From Candidatus Marinacidobacterales bacterium (GTDB lineage Bacteria; Acidobacteriota; Vicinamibacteria; Marinacidobacterales; SMYC01), in assembly GCA_965224085.1 (NCBI GenBank), contig CBDCYI010000005.1, forward strand, positions 992,001 through 1,056,000: a DNA stretch of 64,000 nt, written 5' to 3'. The notes below the pieces were generated by a model. It worked only from the letters and a program-made list of their open reading frames with translations, ran no database searches and was not told where the DNA came from. The translations under genes and the position numbers were made by a program. How positions within the stretch are numbered: the first letter of the stretch is position 1; every line of letters begins with the position of its first letter. Positions 18,552 through 27,731 of the stretch are shown one piece after another.

Positions 18552-18677
18552 GCCCATCGCCCATAGTGACTCGCATCACGGCGCGTAGGTTGTGTCCAGG
18601 GCGGCGCAGCCGGCGCGCGAAGCGCGCGAAACCTTGACACGACCTGCGCGCCGTGATTCCCTGGAAGGGCGATGGGC
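18552..18677. other. 126-nt nested inverted repeat (long hairpin)
   Basis: GCCCATCGCCC (18552-18562) / GGGCGATGGGC (18667-18677) enclosing a 26-bp stem ATCACGGCGCGTAGGTTGTGTCCAGG / CCTTGACACGACCTGCGCGCCGTGAT (18575-18657). Confidence 0.85.
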
Positions 18678-18779
18678 TGCGGCGAAAAAGGCGCAGGCAA
18701 AATGCCCCCAGTTTTGGCTCACCAGTTCGGGAGAGCTTGCAGGTCCCGCCGCCGCGCGAGCGGCTTAGTTCAAGAAACG

Positions 18780-19687
18780 TTACCTGGACAGCGCGCTCTG
18801 TAGGCGCGCCACGTTCTCCTCCATCACGGATAGATAGTCGCCCGAGGTGGGGCGATTCCCGCAAGGATCGAAGATCGCGATCGCGATACCCATGCCTCGC
18901 AATCTCGCGGCCGTGTCCGCGGGTGGGTCCGTTTTCCAGAGCATGAGCTCGGCGGGGTGGTCTTCGAGCAGATGTTCGAGGTTGTGCCATGCGTCGTCCT
19001 CGAAGTCGACGGACTGCACGTTCAACCCGTAGCGGCGCGCGAAGTATTGATACACGGGCTGCGAAGCGACGAGAGGGACGCTACTCCCGACCGTTTCCTC
19101 CATCCGTGCGTCGAGAGCAACCAAGTCTTTTTCGAGAGCGGCCAAGCCGTCCTCGAAGTCAGCGTTTTGCTCGGGGTGCGCGGCGGCCAGCGCGTCGCGG
19201 ATCGCACGGGCTTGAATGACGGCCTGCCTTGGATCGAGCCACGTCGTGACGGCCGTCTGGCCGTGGCTGTGCTCACCTTCGGGGCCATGACTGTGGACGA
19301 CCGCATCTTCAATAATGATGTAGTCGTCGCGAAGCTCTCGGACGTATCGACGAGCTTCGAGGCTGGAAGCGACACACGCTCCACCCACTTGGCGTAAGTC
19401 GCGCCGTTGAGAAGGATCAGATCGGCTTTTTGGTAGCGAGCGATCGTCTCTGCATCGGGACTCCAGCTCGCGGGGTCGGTCTCCGCCGGTGCGGGAAAAG
19501 TCACGTCGACAGCCGCGCCTCCGATACGCTCCGCGAAATAGGCGAGCGGGTAGCTGACGGTATGTACACGGAGAGGAGCTTTCGCGCGTTCGGCCGGTGC
19601 GACATCCGTAGTCTCTTCCGAGCTTCCGCATGCCAGCGGCAGTACCGCCATCGTTATGGTTAACGCTAAACGCAAGTTGAACCTCAC
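18780..19687 (-). pseudogene. ZnuA/TroA-type metal-binding lipoprotein, frameshifted near 19331
   Basis: Lipobox LPLAC; YPLAYFAERIGG, DPASWSP, ADLILLNGA in one frame; HSHGPEGEHSH, TTWLDP and C-terminus in another. Confidence 0.8.
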
Positions 19688-20862
19688 ATTCGAATCAGTG
19701 CTCGAACCAAAGCCGCACCGAACTGGCTCGTAAGAAAGGTGAGCCCCGCGGCCAGCACGATACTCATCACGAGCACCACCACCATTTCCGACGCCATGAG
19801 CGCTCCCACATTAGAGCGCGAGCCGCCGATTTTGAACAGCGTCTCCATCTCGCGCCGCCGCAGCCTCAGCGACAACATGAAGACGAGCGACGCCGAGGCG
19901 AGCGTCGCGATCCCGACGATGGCCGCGCCTGCGAGCACGAAGCTCTCGACCGTGAGAATCGTATCCAGGAGCTCCCCCATGACTTCGGTGGGCCGCGCAA
20001 TCTGAGCACCCTTCGCGGTTTCGTAGCGACCTTGAAGGAGCGCTGACGATTTTTGATTCGGCGGAAAGACCACGACCGCCGTTATCGGATAGTCGGAGAG
20101 ATCGCCATGAAAGTGAAACTCGCCGAGGTTGTCTTCTGTGATCTCGTTGTACTGCACAATCGAGGCGTTCGCGACGACCCGATTGCCTTCGCGCGACAAC
20201 ACCGCGCCCGCCGCATCGCGATTCGCCACATCCTGGTGACCGTGGCCGATCCCTTCAATGATCCACGTCGTTTTAATGTCCACGAAGATCGCGTCGTCAT
20301 CCGGGCTGTCCTCAAGCGCCAAAATCCCTACGATCGTCATCTTCAGGGGATATTCGCCCGCTAGATCGAAGAGGTTCTCAGGCGAAGAGATGACCGCGTC
20401 TCCGAGATGCGCCCCCAACGCTTCGGCGACGCGCGCCCCGACAACGCACTCACCCACAAATGTGAACACGCGCCCCGCCTGCACTTTGAGCTCGCGACGG
20501 TCGAAATATTCAACGCTCGTCCCCACGATCGGATGACCTCGAGAGTGGTAGCGAACATACATCGGCACGATCGGCGCTAGCCCTGAATCCTGGACTTTCT
20601 GGGCCTCGCTATAGCGCATCGGCTCCGGGAAGTTCGAGCGGAAGTAGAGGGTGTTGAGCACGAGCTCGAGTGGGCTCCCTTTGGAGCCGACCACGAGTGG
20701 GGTCGCGACGGCGCGTCGCGTCAGCTGCTCCGAGCTCTGGTTCACGAGGACCCGCAAGCCTACGGGGAGATAGAGAATCAACGTGATCGACGTGAGAAGG
20801 ATGAACGTCTTCAGACGGTGAAACGCCAGATAACGCCAAGCCAGATAGAGAGTCTGCTTCAC
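19684..20862 (-). CDS. FtsX/MacB-like ABC transporter permease with His-rich periplasmic motifs
   Basis: LAWRYL N-terminus, PLVVGSKGSPLELVLNTLY, IGHGH, HFHGD, LSLRLRRREM..KIGG. Confidence 0.85.
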   Translation of the reverse strand: MKQTLYLAWRYLAFHRLKTFILLTSITLILYLPVGLRVLVNQSSEQLTRRAVATPLVVGSKGSPLELVLNTLYFRSNFPEPMRYSEAQKVQDSGLAPIVPMYVRYHSRGHPIVGTSVEYFDRRELKVQAGRVFTFVGECVVGARVAEALGAHLGDAVISSPENLFDLAGEYPLKMTIVGILALEDSPDDDAIFVDIKTTWIIEGIGHGHQDVANRDAAGAVLSREGNRVVANASIVQYNEITEDNLGEFHFHGDLSDYPITAVVVFPPNQKSSALLQGRYETAKGAQIARPTEVMGELLDTILTVESFVLAGAAIVGIATLASASLVFMLSLRLRRREMETLFKIGGSRSNVGALMASEMVVVLVMSIVLAAGLTFLTSQFGAALVRALIRM

Positions 20863-21554
20863 GACAAGAGCTTTTTGAAATCGACGACGCGCTCGAAACG
20901 GTTAAGCAGACCGTGATCGTGCGTCACCGTGAGAAGCGTCGTGCCGCTCGCCTCCGCATAATCGAACAGGATGTCGAGCACGCGTTCTTTGTTGAGCGGG
21001 TCGAGATTGCCCGTCGGCTCGTCCGCCATCAGCACGGCCGGCTCGGTCACGACCGCGCGGCAAACCGCCACACGTTGCCGCTCGCCTTGCGACAGCTGTC
21101 TCGGATAGCGCGAGAGCTCGTCTCCGATACCCACCTTCTCCGCCACGGCGGCCGCCCTCGCGCGCACGGCTTCGGTGAGCTGGAGCGCCGGGTTGATGCA
21201 GTAGGGCAATAGCACGTTGTCGAGCACCGTCAAATATTCCAGAAGCTCGAACTCCTGAAAGACGAGACCGATATTCTTGATACGGAAAGCGCGACGAGCG
21301 TGCTCGGAAAGACCGGTGAGATCGACTCCGTTCGTTTCGATCCTGCCCGACTGCGGCAACGCGATTCCCGCGATGAGATGCAGAAGCGTCGTTTTACCCG
21401 ATCCGCTCGGACCGATGAACGCCGCCGAGGACGCCCGGCCGACTTCGAGCTCTGCTATCCGTAGCTCGAAGTCCCCTTCTCCGTAGCCAAAGGCCAGCTC
21501 CTGGATGCGGATCACGGGAGAGGACATCCGTTCGGGAGGCCGTTGCGCCTTCAT
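20859..21554 (-). CDS. LolD/MacB-like ABC ATP-binding protein
   Basis: GPSGSGKT, IGLVFQ, LSQGERQRV, ADEPTGNLD, VTHD; start could be 21527. Confidence 0.93.
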   Translation of the reverse strand: MKAQRPPERMSSPVIRIQELAFGYGEGDFELRIAELEVGRASSAAFIGPSGSGKTTLLHLIAGIALPQSGRIETNGVDLTGLSEHARRAFRIKNIGLVFQEFELLEYLTVLDNVLLPYCINPALQLTEAVRARAAAVAEKVGIGDELSRYPRQLSQGERQRVAVCRAVVTEPAVLMADEPTGNLDPLNKERVLDILFDYAEASGTTLLTVTHDHGLLNRFERVVDFKKLLS

Positions 21555-21719
21555 GAAGATTCCAAAAACGACGCTGATTATACCTTCCTAGTCAGCCAGA
21601 ATCGCCGACAAGAATTTTTCTCAAAGCTACGCCATTCACGGGAATTCATGTATCGATTAGGGCTATTCATGGTAGTGTTGTGGCATCGCGCGTACAATTC
21701 TTGGAGACCGTTTTAGCGG

Positions 21720-22931
21720 ATGCGAATCGGGCTGAGCTTCACTCTGCTGGGAGCCGTTCTGGCAACGTTTCTCGCTTCCCCGGCACGCGCCGAGAAGCTC
21801 AGGAGCGCCGAATACAAGGCTGCGAGCCTCCAGGGGCACACCTACCTCTACCGGCTCGAGCACGACAAGAGCATTGCGTTCTTCACCGAGCTTGAAAAGG
21901 AATACACCCACCACCCGGGGCCACCGTTAGCCCGATCGATCGCCATCTGGTTTCGTGAGCTCGTCGCTCGCGAAGATCTCGACCTCGAGCGCTTCATCTC
22001 GCCGGGATATTTTACCCGTCCGGCCGAAGAGGACATGCCCGAGGACGACAAACGAGCTTTTTTCGACGGCATCCGGCAGAGCCAGGAGAACGCGACGCGC
22101 TATCTAGAGCAACACTCGGGAGACATCGAGGCGCGCTACTACCTCGGCGCATGCCAGAGCGCTCTCGGCGTTTTCGCTTTCACGATCGAAAGGAGCTTTC
22201 GCAGGGCGCTCAAGCACGGCAAGACGTCCTATCGCATACAGCGTGAGATCGTGGACGAGAATCCCGACTTCAATGACGCTTACATGACAGTCGGGAGCTA
22301 CGAATATGTCGTCGGCAATCTTCCCTGGTACATCAAATGGTTCGCGAATCTCGCAGGCTATCACGGCAGTGAAGTCCGGGGCTTCGAATATCTCACCCGC
22401 GCCGCGACGAAGGGCGATTTCGTCCAAAATGACGCCCGCCTGCTGCTGATGGTCCTGTACGTCCGCGAGGACGAGAACGCCTACGCCCTGGAGATGGCCG
22501 GGCAGCTGCACCGCAAATATCCAGAAAACTACTTGCTGCATATCAACAAAGCGCAGATAATGGAGCGGATGGGAAAGCCCGCCGAGGCGGCGAAAATGTA
22601 CGCGGCGGTTGCACGGCACGCTCTCGACAAAATCCCGAACTATCAGAACCTTCCTCTCGACAAAATCCGCTATCCTCTCGCACAACGACTGCTTGCGCTC
22701 GGAAGCCAAGATGAAGCGCTCGACCAGTTCCAGGGCGCCGCGGAAGACCCGGGGACACCCGACCGTGAGAGGGCGCTTTCACATCTGCGCGCGGGCGAGA
22801 TCCTCGACAAGATGGGCCGCCGAGAGGAGGCCACGGCGCACTATCGCCGCGTCCAAGAGCTTCCGGATTACAACGGCACGCACACGACGGCGGCAAGCTA
22901 TCTTCGCCACCCGTACGATCGCGAACAGTAG
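21720..22931 (+). CDS. Secreted TPR-containing protein
   Basis: Signal peptide (..SPARA); PDFNDAYMTVGSYEYVVGNLPW; C-terminal TPR helices. Confidence 0.8.
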   Translation: MRIGLSFTLLGAVLATFLASPARAEKLRSAEYKAASLQGHTYLYRLEHDKSIAFFTELEKEYTHHPGPPLARSIAIWFRELVAREDLDLERFISPGYFTRPAEEDMPEDDKRAFFDGIRQSQENATRYLEQHSGDIEARYYLGACQSALGVFAFTIERSFRRALKHGKTSYRIQREIVDENPDFNDAYMTVGSYEYVVGNLPWYIKWFANLAGYHGSEVRGFEYLTRAATKGDFVQNDARLLLMVLYVREDENAYALEMAGQLHRKYPENYLLHINKAQIMERMGKPAEAAKMYAAVARHALDKIPNYQNLPLDKIRYPLAQRLLALGSQDEALDQFQGAAEDPGTPDRERALSHLRAGEILDKMGRREEATAHYRRVQELPDYNGTHTTAASYLRHPYDREQ

Positions 22932-22933
22932 TC

Positions 22934-23633
22934 TTGGCTAGCCCGCACCGTCTGTTCGCCCTCTTGGTCGTCGTGATGTCCGGCGCCTGCAGCAACGACG
23001 ATCCCCAGACCATCCGAATCGATTTCGCTGCAGGGACTGCGGGCTGGAACGCGGGTTTCGCCGACTATCCGGTTGGCCAGGATGCGTTCTTCGAGCTCGA
23101 CGCGGACTACCGTCCTCTCATGCTTCCACTAAACGTCGGGCAAAACGCGCATTACATCACCGGCAACAACCATAGCGACGACTTGTGGATGTATTACAAA
23201 GGCCAGGTCGCCGGGTTGGATGGTAATCGGCGTTACAGTGTGCGTTTCGATATCGAGATCGCCACGAACGTCCCCATGGGATGCGTCGGCGTGGGCGGCG
23301 CACCAGGCGAAGGCGTCACCGTGAAAGCTGGTGCGTCGGAGATCGAGCCAGAAGCCGTGGTCGTCGGCGCCGATTGGCGTATGAACGTCGACAAAGGTAA
23401 CCAAACCGGAGGCGGCGTGAACGCGGTCGTTCTTGGCGATGTCGCGAGCTCCATTCCCTGCGGCGAGACACCTCAGTGGGAGTTGAAGCAGCTATCGAGC
23501 GGACTCGATGCGGTGGCGGTCACGACCGATTCGCGCGGCAGCACGTGGCTTTTCCGTCGGCACCGATTCAGGTTTCGAAGCGACGACGAGCGTTTACCAC
23601 ACCTGGGTGGTCGCGACGTTCGAGCCCTTGTAA
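22934..23633 (+). pseudogene. Conserved hypothetical lipoprotein, +1 frameshift near 23554
   Basis: Lipobox MSGAC; GWNAGFADYP, NHSDDLWM, CVGVGGAPGE, MNVDKGNQ; after WLF one extra C, then VGTDSGFEATTSVY..EPL* (TAA 23631-23633). Confidence 0.75.
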
Positions 23634-23646
23634 ATCCTGTAAAGCG

Positions 23647-25155
23647 TCACGAAAGCCGTCGCAATATCCCGTTCGGCTCAGATAGCGCCTGCTCGACGAT
23701 CGCGTCCGCACGGGCTTGTGTGTTGGCAACCGCGTAAATACGCAGCTGCGGCGCGTTTCCCGAAGGCCGGATATGCGCGATGTCGCCGTTCGCGAAATAG
23801 AGCCTGAGGCCGTCGGTAGTGTCGATGTTCAAGATATCGTCGAAGCCCAGCTCGCCCGTAAAGTAGCCGGAGAGCTCTTTTCGGATCGCGCAGAAGTCGC
23901 CGGGCGTATAGCGGCGGATGATCTCGAGACTCTTCTCTCGGGCGAAATCATCGAGGAGGCCGGCCTTGCTGTAGCGAGGTGGAAGCTCCGAGAAGAGCTC
24001 GACGAGCGAACGGCTGCGTTCGGCCGAGGCGTAGAGCGCGCACAGGATCGGCAAAACCGCGTCGCGCGTCGGGAGCGGGCTCAGATGACGCCCATCCTTT
24101 TCTATCTCCGAGCCCGTCAGGAATCCGCCATTGGCCTCCCAGCCCACGACGTTCTGGCCATGAGCTTCGAGCATGGCTTTCACCACGTAAGGCGAGCCGA
24201 TGCGGGTTTTCATGACGTTTTTGAGCTCGAGGTCAACAGCATCGTTCGTGCTTACCGGCACACAAACCGTATCGGCGCCCAGATATTTCGCAACGATGAT
24301 GCCGAGAAGGTCGCCGCCGCAAAAGCGCACGCGTCCCTCGGGGTCGATCCCGGCGACGAGCGGCCGATCGCTGTCGCCATCGGTGGAGACGATGGCATCG
24401 GCGCCGCGCTCGTCATCCGCCATCTCTTGTAGCTCGGCGAGCCGTTCCGCGGTGATGTCTTCCGTGTCTATCGGGATGAACGCGTCGCTGCGGCGCGTCG
24501 ATACGACCGCGGCTCCCAGCCGGGTGAGGATCTCTGCGAGCAGCGCCCGACCGACAGCCGAGTGCTCGAACACGACAACACGCTTTCCCGAAAGCCCACT
24601 CGCGGGGAAAAAATTCACGTAGCGCTCCACATAGGCGGCGGCACCACGCTCGCTCACGGCAGGTAGCGCCATCGGCTCTTTCAGCATGCCGTCATTGGCG
24701 AAGGGAGAGGCGGCAGCACTTCGTCCATATTCCAGCTCTCGTACCTTTGCGACCGCCGCCAGAATCCCGGCTTCGTCCTCTTTGAGAACCTCCCCCGCCG
24801 GCTTTCCGAACTTGATGCCGTTGCGGTCGAAAGGGATATGGCTTCCTGTGACCATGACGTGCGGTCTTCGGTTCTCGATGCCGTGAAAGGCCAATGCCGG
24901 CGTCGGGATCTTGCCAATATTCTCCACGACGCATCCCGCGTCCTCGATCGCCTTCGCGACAGCGCATAGGATACGGTCCGTGCTCGGCCGAAGGTCTCCC
25001 GCCACAGAAACTTTGCCGTCGCGCGCGACGACATAGTCGAGAAACCCTCGCGTATTGATGTAGGCTTCGAGGTCGGTGATGTCGGTGACGAGACCTCTCA
25101 GACCGCTCGTGCCAAAGGCGAGCGCCGCAGGAATACGGCCGCGAAACATCGTCAT
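23647..25155 (-). CDS. manB: Phosphomannomutase/phosphoglucomutase
   Basis: FGTSGLRG, VTGSHIP phosphoserine loop, DGDSDR metal loop, GWEANGG, HIRPSGNAPQLR. Confidence 0.92.
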   Translation of the reverse strand: MTMFRGRIPAALAFGTSGLRGLVTDITDLEAYINTRGFLDYVVARDGKVSVAGDLRPSTDRILCAVAKAIEDAGCVVENIGKIPTPALAFHGIENRRPHVMVTGSHIPFDRNGIKFGKPAGEVLKEDEAGILAAVAKVRELEYGRSAAASPFANDGMLKEPMALPAVSERGAAAYVERYVNFFPASGLSGKRVVVFEHSAVGRALLAEILTRLGAAVVSTRRSDAFIPIDTEDITAERLAELQEMADDERGADAIVSTDGDSDRPLVAGIDPEGRVRFCGGDLLGIIVAKYLGADTVCVPVSTNDAVDLELKNVMKTRIGSPYVVKAMLEAHGQNVVGWEANGGFLTGSEIEKDGRHLSPLPTRDAVLPILCALYASAERSRSLVELFSELPPRYSKAGLLDDFAREKSLEIIRRYTPGDFCAIRKELSGYFTGELGFDDILNIDTTDGLRLYFANGDIAHIRPSGNAPQLRIYAVANTQARADAIVEQALSEPNGILRRLS

Positions 25156-26222
25156 CGCGGCACCGTCGCTTTGTAGAGTGAAAGCGATCCTTGCACGTGA
25201 TACGTCTCTCCTTCCGGCACGAAGAGCGCTTGACCTCTCGAAACAAGATGCTCCTCCACAGTCCCTTCGCCCTCGGTGACAAAAAGGATCTCGGGACCAT
25301 GGTCGCTGGTATTAACGTGACCGCCTTCGATGCGGCGGAGCTCGAACTCCTTCGCCGGAGCACGATAGGCCCACTCGCTCGGGCCGAGCTTCGACGTCTT
25401 CAAAATCTGCGCCGCCTCTCCGCGAAAGACAACATTGTTCAGAAGCTCGGGGATGTCGACGTGCTTTTTCGTCAGCCCGCCGCGCAGAACGTTGTTCGAG
25501 TTAGCCATCATCTCGACGCCCGATCCCTCGAGATAGCTGTGGAGTGTGCCCGCATCGAGGTAGATGGCCTCGCCAGGTCGAAGGTAGATCAAATTCAAGA
25601 GGTAGATCGAAAAAAGACCTCGATCATAGTGACCTTTCTCAGAATATTCTTCGTGACAGCGAAGGACCCAATATTCCCGATCCTGCTTCCCGTAGTTACC
25701 GTCGCGGAGCCTCTCAACGATCGGGCCGAGCTCCGCATCGACCTCGTCTCGAGACATCGTCATCAGCTTCCGGTAGAGCTCTTTCAGGGGCTCGTTACCG
25801 AACGGCGTCGGGTCGGGACGAAAGCCCCGGAGCGCGTAGAAATCGGTGAGGGCGCAGAGAAGCTCGGGTTTGTGATGAGCGTCGCGATAATTTCGATGGA
25901 GCGCGTCGATCGGGATCCTGGCCGCATTCTCCTTCGCGAATCCTTCGCGAGCCCGGGATTCGCTCGGGTGCGTTTGTATCGAGAGAGGCTTGGCCGCTGA
26001 AAGGATCTTCATGAGGTAGGGAAGCTCGCCAGAAATCATCTCGCCGAGCGGGCGCTTCTCGTCTTGAAGCAAAACTTGTGACGGCAAGTCGGGATGCGCG
26101 CCGAGCCATAGCTCCGCGTAGGGTCGCCTCTCGGTGTTGTCGACGCCCAATAGCTCGGGGATGAACTCCGTGCCGCCCCAAGCGTAGTGTTGGATCCCGG
26201 CCTCGAGCCGGTAGATGCTCAT
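25152..26222 (-). CDS. manA: Mannose-6-phosphate isomerase, class I
   Basis: QHYAWG, AELWLGAHP, LPYLMKIL..PLSIQTHP, NYRDAHHKPE, LHSYLEG, MANSNNVLRGGLT.KHVD. Confidence 0.93.
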   Translation of the reverse strand: MSIYRLEAGIQHYAWGGTEFIPELLGVDNTERRPYAELWLGAHPDLPSQVLLQDEKRPLGEMISGELPYLMKILSAAKPLSIQTHPSESRAREGFAKENAARIPIDALHRNYRDAHHKPELLCALTDFYALRGFRPDPTPFGNEPLKELYRKLMTMSRDEVDAELGPIVERLRDGNYGKQDREYWVLRCHEEYSEKGHYDRGLFSIYLLNLIYLRPGEAIYLDAGTLHSYLEGSGVEMMANSNNVLRGGLTKKHVDIPELLNNVVFRGEAAQILKTSKLGPSEWAYRAPAKEFELRRIEGGHVNTSDHGPEILFVTEGEGTVEEHLVSRGQALFVPEGETYHVQGSLSLYKATVPR

Positions 26223-26635
26223 GGGTCGCTCGGGACGAGACGTTCGAGCGCCTCTATCCAGTTCAGGACAACGTGGATCTCGGTCCGGCGGAGCTCTTCG
26301 TCACTTTCTTGGATCGTGAGAAAACGGTGACCGTCCGGAGAGAACATCGCCGCCGATTCGTTGAGCTCGGTCGCGAGGAAGGGCCGGGGCTCGCTTCGCT
26401 CGCTTCCCAGCTCCAGCACAAAGATATCGAAACTCGTCTTGGGGTGCTCGTGGTTGAAGGCTAGCGTCTTGCCCGTGTCGTTGAACTGGGAATCGAGAAG
26501 CGCTACCGGCGTGCTGTCAGCTCCGACGCTCGTCAGTACGATGTCCTTGTCGCCGTCCTGGCGAATAATCCCCCCTGTACCGATCGGCGAAACGATCGCG
26601 TAGGGGCCGAGACGAGTTCCGGAAGTGAGCGCCAT
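26219..26635 (-). pseudogene. Internally collapsed Ser/Thr kinase-TolB propeller gene (138 aa, in frame)
   Basis: GTRLGPYAIVSPIGTGG kinase start joined to propeller pieces (DIFVL..PRPFLAT..NES..FSPDG) and the C-terminal IHVVLNW tail. Confidence 0.8.
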
Positions 26636-26925
26636 TTGTAGCCTTTGGTAATAGGGAATCTAGCGGCCCGGGAGACCGAAATCAAACAGAGAGGAAGATC
26701 GAAGAACCTTGCAGCTCGGCGTCAACGATCTACGGTCTCGCGAGTACAGCTTGGAAGAGGGTGCTCCACTAGGAGGAGCACACAAGCTTAGAGGAGTCGA
26801 CCCATGAGGACACTACATCTCACCATAATAACTTGAATGCTGGCGGCTGCTGTCCTGGCGGTACTTTCGAGTGAACGAACGATTTCGGTCACTCTCCGAT
26901 GACCTCCGCCCACGCGGGCGGTGCC

Positions 26926-27731
26926 ATTGCTGTCAAATTGAGCTGGTGACTGACAGAATGGTCCAATGAAGACCGATGCGCCAAGCTACCACGGCTATCG
27001 ATTTCCACCGGAAATCATCAGCCACGCCGTCTGGCTCTACCACCGATTCTGCGTGAGCTTTCGAAACGTCGAAGAGCTGCTTGCTCAGCGAGGCATCACG
27101 GTTTCCTACGAAGCGATCCGACTTTGGTGCATCAAGTTCGGGCCGGAATACGCTCGGCGACTGAAGCGTCGGCAGGGTCGCCTTGGTGACACGTGGCTCC
27201 TGGACGAGGTCTTCATAAAGATACAAGGCGAACGCCAATACCTCTGGCGCGCGGTAGACCAAGATGGTGATGTGATTGATATCCTCGTCCAGCCTCGCCG
27301 TGATCAGAAAGCCGCCAAACGATTCTTCCGCAAGCTGTTGAAAGGGCAAGGCCGTCCGCCCTGGCAGCTGGTCACCGACAAACTGAGAAGCTACAGTGCC
27401 GCTCACCGCGAGGTCATGCCGTCCGTCGTCCACGACACTGACCAGTACAGAAACAACCTAGCCGAAGTCTCGCACGAACCGACGCGACAACGGGAACGAC
27501 AGATGCGGAAGTCTAAAGCTCCTGGGCAGGCGCAACGATTCTTGACCGTGCATGGACTCGTGCAAAACCTCTTTCGCGTCGGACGGCATTTGTTGCAAGC
27601 GCATCATCATCGGGAGCTACGAGACCGCGCTTTCATCGTCTGGCAGGAGGTAACCTGTGCCGTCCGATGAGAGCAAAGGAAATCAGCTCGACGCAATAGG
27701 TTCGCTCGCTCAACGTCAACTTGACAATACC
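26926..27731 (+). mobile_element. IS6-family insertion sequence
   Basis: Ends ATTGCTGTCAAATTGA (26926-26941) and TCAACTTGACAATACC (27716-27731) are imperfect inverted repeats. Confidence 0.8.
26966..27670 (+). CDS. IS6-family DDE transposase
   Basis: YHGYRFPPEII..AVWLY.RF, WLLDEVF, YLWRAVDQDG, LVTDKLRSY, NNLAE.SH. Confidence 0.93.
   Translation: MKTDAPSYHGYRFPPEIISHAVWLYHRFCVSFRNVEELLAQRGITVSYEAIRLWCIKFGPEYARRLKRRQGRLGDTWLLDEVFIKIQGERQYLWRAVDQDGDVIDILVQPRRDQKAAKRFFRKLLKGQGRPPWQLVTDKLRSYSAAHREVMPSVVHDTDQYRNNLAEVSHEPTRQRERQMRKSKAPGQAQRFLTVHGLVQNLFRVGRHLLQAHHHRELRDRAFIVWQEVTCAVR

Larger units (their letters stand above)
15922..18773 (-). mobile_element. Tyrosine integrase plus IS91-like (Y2/HUH) transposase element with flanking structured ends
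   Basis: Adjacent integrase and transposase genes; identical 14-bp TTGAACTAAGCCGC at 16007-16020 and, inverted, at 18760-18773. Confidence 0.75.

Noticed and set aside
15670-18780. Classical integron
   Set aside because: The integrase is short and shows no visible IntI-specific insertion; only one attC-like site with a non-canonical core and no cassette array.
26760-26925. Hairpin GTGCTCC/GGAGCAC and ATG at 26803 with RBS before IS6
   Set aside because: Frame stops after about nine codons; probably a decayed gene start, and nothing can be assigned.
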